Below are positions 61,244-64,000 of a DNA stretch of 64,000 nt, piece after piece (within the stretch, counting starts at the first letter, position 1; each line of letters begins with the position of its first letter). Origin of the DNA: Macrostomum lignano (lineage: Eukaryota); NCBI GenBank assembly GCA_002269645.1, contig NIVC01000283.1:653263-717262 (forward strand). Reading direction: 5' to 3'. The notes beneath the pieces are model-generated. The model had not been told where the DNA came from and ran no database searches. It saw only the letters and a list, made by a program, of their open reading frames with translations. The position numbers and the translations under genes are program-made.

Positions 61244-62414
61244 TTTTTACCCTGGTTGCCTCTCTGGTAGCTTGTCTAAGGGTTGCGCGCAATCCGATTG
61301 GCCTGGCTTCGGCTAGCCCAATAACTAAGGGTCCGCCCCGGAGGGGCTGTGCCTGTTCAAAAATATACCCTATCTTTTCTAACCAATAGAATTTCGGCCC
61401 TCGGCCTTGGTTTAAGGGGGGGTGCCCAGAGTGAGTAGGTACTCTGGACTGCAGTGTGGCTAGGACGGGACTGAGCCCCCCGGTCGTACCCGCCCTGCAG
61501 GAAAGAAAATGACCGATTCACAAAGGTGCACGGTAGGCCCAGTAGACTGCCAGCCCTGAGGCTGAGCCCGGGTAACAGGTTGAGGGGGCCTGTGTGGTTT
61601 CAGGTGCTCCTCCAGTTATGTTTTAGTCCCATTACAGTATTGGTTTTATCAAATCCCGGCCTATGTAGCCGTCCAATCTCTCGGAGTAATGAGCTCTGTC
61701 CACTGCCCGGTCCACCCTGCTCTGTTTTTGGGTCCATCTACTGGCTCCTGCTGACGGTCCCTGCTTGCGTGTCTCTGGCTCTCATCCTGACAGTGGATTG
61801 GTGTCCTGGGAAGGATGTTCGTCCCGTACCGGGGACAACCGGCTGAGTCTGGTGTCCTCTTGCCCCTGGTGCCTCTTCTCGACCCCTTGGCCTGCCCCCC
61901 AATAATGAGCTGGATAGGCGATGCCCTTGTGGCTTGCAGCCCTATAGGAGGGTTTTCTGGTTTACCTCTTGATAGGAGACTCGCCCTCGGATACAAGCCT
62001 CCCAGACTCGCTCCAATAGTTAGCCCTTTCCAAGACTTCTGGGTTTCCCCGCTCTTGGACGGCTCCTTTCCAAGACTTCTGGGTTTCCCCGCTCTTGGAC
62101 GGCTTTAAGTAGTATATCCAATTCTGTTTTTCGCGCACTCCCGAGGACCTGTCTGCTGGGGGGGGGGGTGGCCTGGGTGGACTCGGTCTTAGCACCGTCC
62201 CTGATTCCACTGTTGGTTTGGCGGTGTCTTGTACCGTAGGTTTAGGTCCACTTCGCCTCCCGTGCTTTATGCCGGGCCCAATCTCCATCCCAATCGGGGT
62301 ATATCGGGCTCTAAAAACAGCTAATGCTGTGCCCCTGGCAGTGCCTGTCGCGGCAGAGCCCTTCCATGTGGCTGATCCGCGGGTCCCCCTTAGGACCCTT
62401 TTGTTTAACAAACA
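61242..62414. mobile_element. GC-rich LTR-like repeat fragment (TGTTT...AAACA) with internal perfect 40-bp duplication (62025-62104)
   Basis: Sharp GC-rich block in AT-rich flanks with TG/CA ends and an enhancer-like tandem duplication. No coding homology recognised and orientation is uncertain. Confidence 0.4.
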
Positions 62415-63426
62415 AACAATCTTGAACTTTATAGTTCAATAAAATGCTTTAAATTTTGTGGAAAACATTTTTGCATATCCTAATATCTTTCTTCTGAATT
62501 CCCAAATGGCAATAATTATGTGAGTTACTCAATTGGAGCTTTGCTGTTGTTACCAATCACTAATTATTTGCCGTAACCCTTCTTGTAGAGGAAGTATTGT
62601 GCTAGTCGGGCAGAAAATGCTGTCAAACTAATGCTGAAAATGCTGATATTGACAGCAAAACCTTCCGTTTTGTGCCAATACAATATGGAAGGTCGAAGAG
62701 GGGGGGGGGAAGCAAAAACTACCTGCGCCAGTGGCCGACTGTGCAATCGGTGAGTCTCTTAATTTGCGTTATTTATTTTTTAAATAAAGACGTATAGTTG
62801 TGGCAAAATCTAAAATCCAACTTTTCAGGAATCGTGCTGGACTCAAAATCACTGCGACGTCAGTTAGGATGCGTCGGTGCCCGTTCTTTTATCGCAGCAT
62901 TCTAAAACGAATGATGCGGAAATCGAAATGTGACAGACAGATCGACGACGACGCAGACGTAGAGAGCGACTAATAACTCCCCCGGCTTGCCTGTCAGGCT
63001 TGACGTTTTATTCGCCGACGTAGTCCGACTTGGTCGGCCAATAAAATCTTTTTGCTACGTCTCTTTAAAGAGGAAAGAAATTGCATTGCTCAGTGAAAAT
63101 TCTCAGTTGCTAATTTTTCACTTTCGCCTTTGTTATTTGTCAACGTATCAGTTCCCCAAAACTGTCAAAAAAGTCCGACATTTCAGTCAAGCAGCCAGGT
63201 CACGTGATTGCAAAACTCAAAAGTGCAAAAAGTAAGAGCAATATGCCTGTGGTGGATTGTCATTATTAAGGTCTCATAGAAGTCACCTGGGACCGTCCCT
63301 GGACGTCTCAAAATTACATATCGGATACGTATCTACAACTATCAAAAGTACTATCCCTGGGACGAGACTTTGGGAATTCAGGGGGTCGTCTCCGATACGT
63401 ATCGATACGAAATTTTGCGTTACGGG

Positions 63427-63710
63427 TAACAAGCTCAGCAAATTTACGGTGTCTCATCATTTGAACGACCGCGCCGCTACACGACTGCTCCGCTACGATT
63501 ACGACTACCCTCCCCCCAGACTAGAGAACCCGGCATTTGGAGTAAAACAGGAGAAAGGATTTCGTTGTGATTCGTCTGCGCGATTTCCGGATTATTCGTG
63601 TGAACTCAACGCCGGCGGCAATTCAAACGTGGAATTCGCCCCACTTCATTGGTGTCAGCAACTAATTTCAATCAACCCATTTCCAAGAAAACTTTCTCAA
63701 CCCCTCACGT
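63427..63710 (+). repeat. Seventh, 5'-truncated copy of the array core
   Basis: TTTACGGTGTC...GAACGACCGCGCCGCTAC...GATTACGACTACCCTCCCCCC...GATTCGTCTGCGCGATTTCCGG matches the other cores. The first block and the PBS motif are missing. Confidence 0.85.
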
Positions 63711-64000
63711 GTCTTCAAATAAGGTTAAATAATAAATTGATTGAAAAGATAGTTTATCATAACAACAGGTGACAAGTCTTAAAAAATTCTTTTTCTCGAC
63801 ACAAAAAATAGTGAAGGTATGAGAGTTAAGAAATAATTAATTTCCTAGATTCTCTGTTTTTTCTTAAAGCTAAAATTCCAACAAAAATGATTTGTTAACA
63901 TGCGTGTTACATGTTTCTCACTTCTTTTTGAATTGTTACACTACTTACAGAAATTAAGCATGTGTTCAACAGATTTTAAATATGGTTGCCTCATTGTCCA

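Overview
This is eukaryotic genomic DNA. It is most consistent with a Macrostomum-like flatworm, which is an inference from GC-rich exons separated by locus-specific minisatellite introns and from fragments matching the Macrostomum spliced leader as I recall it. The window has two parts. Positions 1-41.4 kb hold four minus-strand spliced genes: a divergent class A GPCR, a vestigial-like (TDU domain) gene, HTATSF1 and VEPH1/melted. About 30 minisatellite or microsatellite tracts lie in and between them, many built from splice-site-like units. Positions 42.5-64 kb have no confidently identified host gene and form a nested mobile-element cluster. Its backbone is a head-to-tail array of ~1 kb units. 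In each unit a ~430 bp structured core with a tRNA-Leu-type PBS motif alternates with a highly divergent ~550 bp segment. Inserted into the array are a structurally complete 6.0 kb CMC/EnSpm-type DNA transposon (transposase plus a 5-exon BEN/DUF4806-like gene) and a long-TIR element carrying a 1.7 kb miniature LTR element. MITEs, two further LTR-like segments and two spliced-leader-like fragments lie in or beside the array. All family assignments are by eye from motifs; no database search was run.
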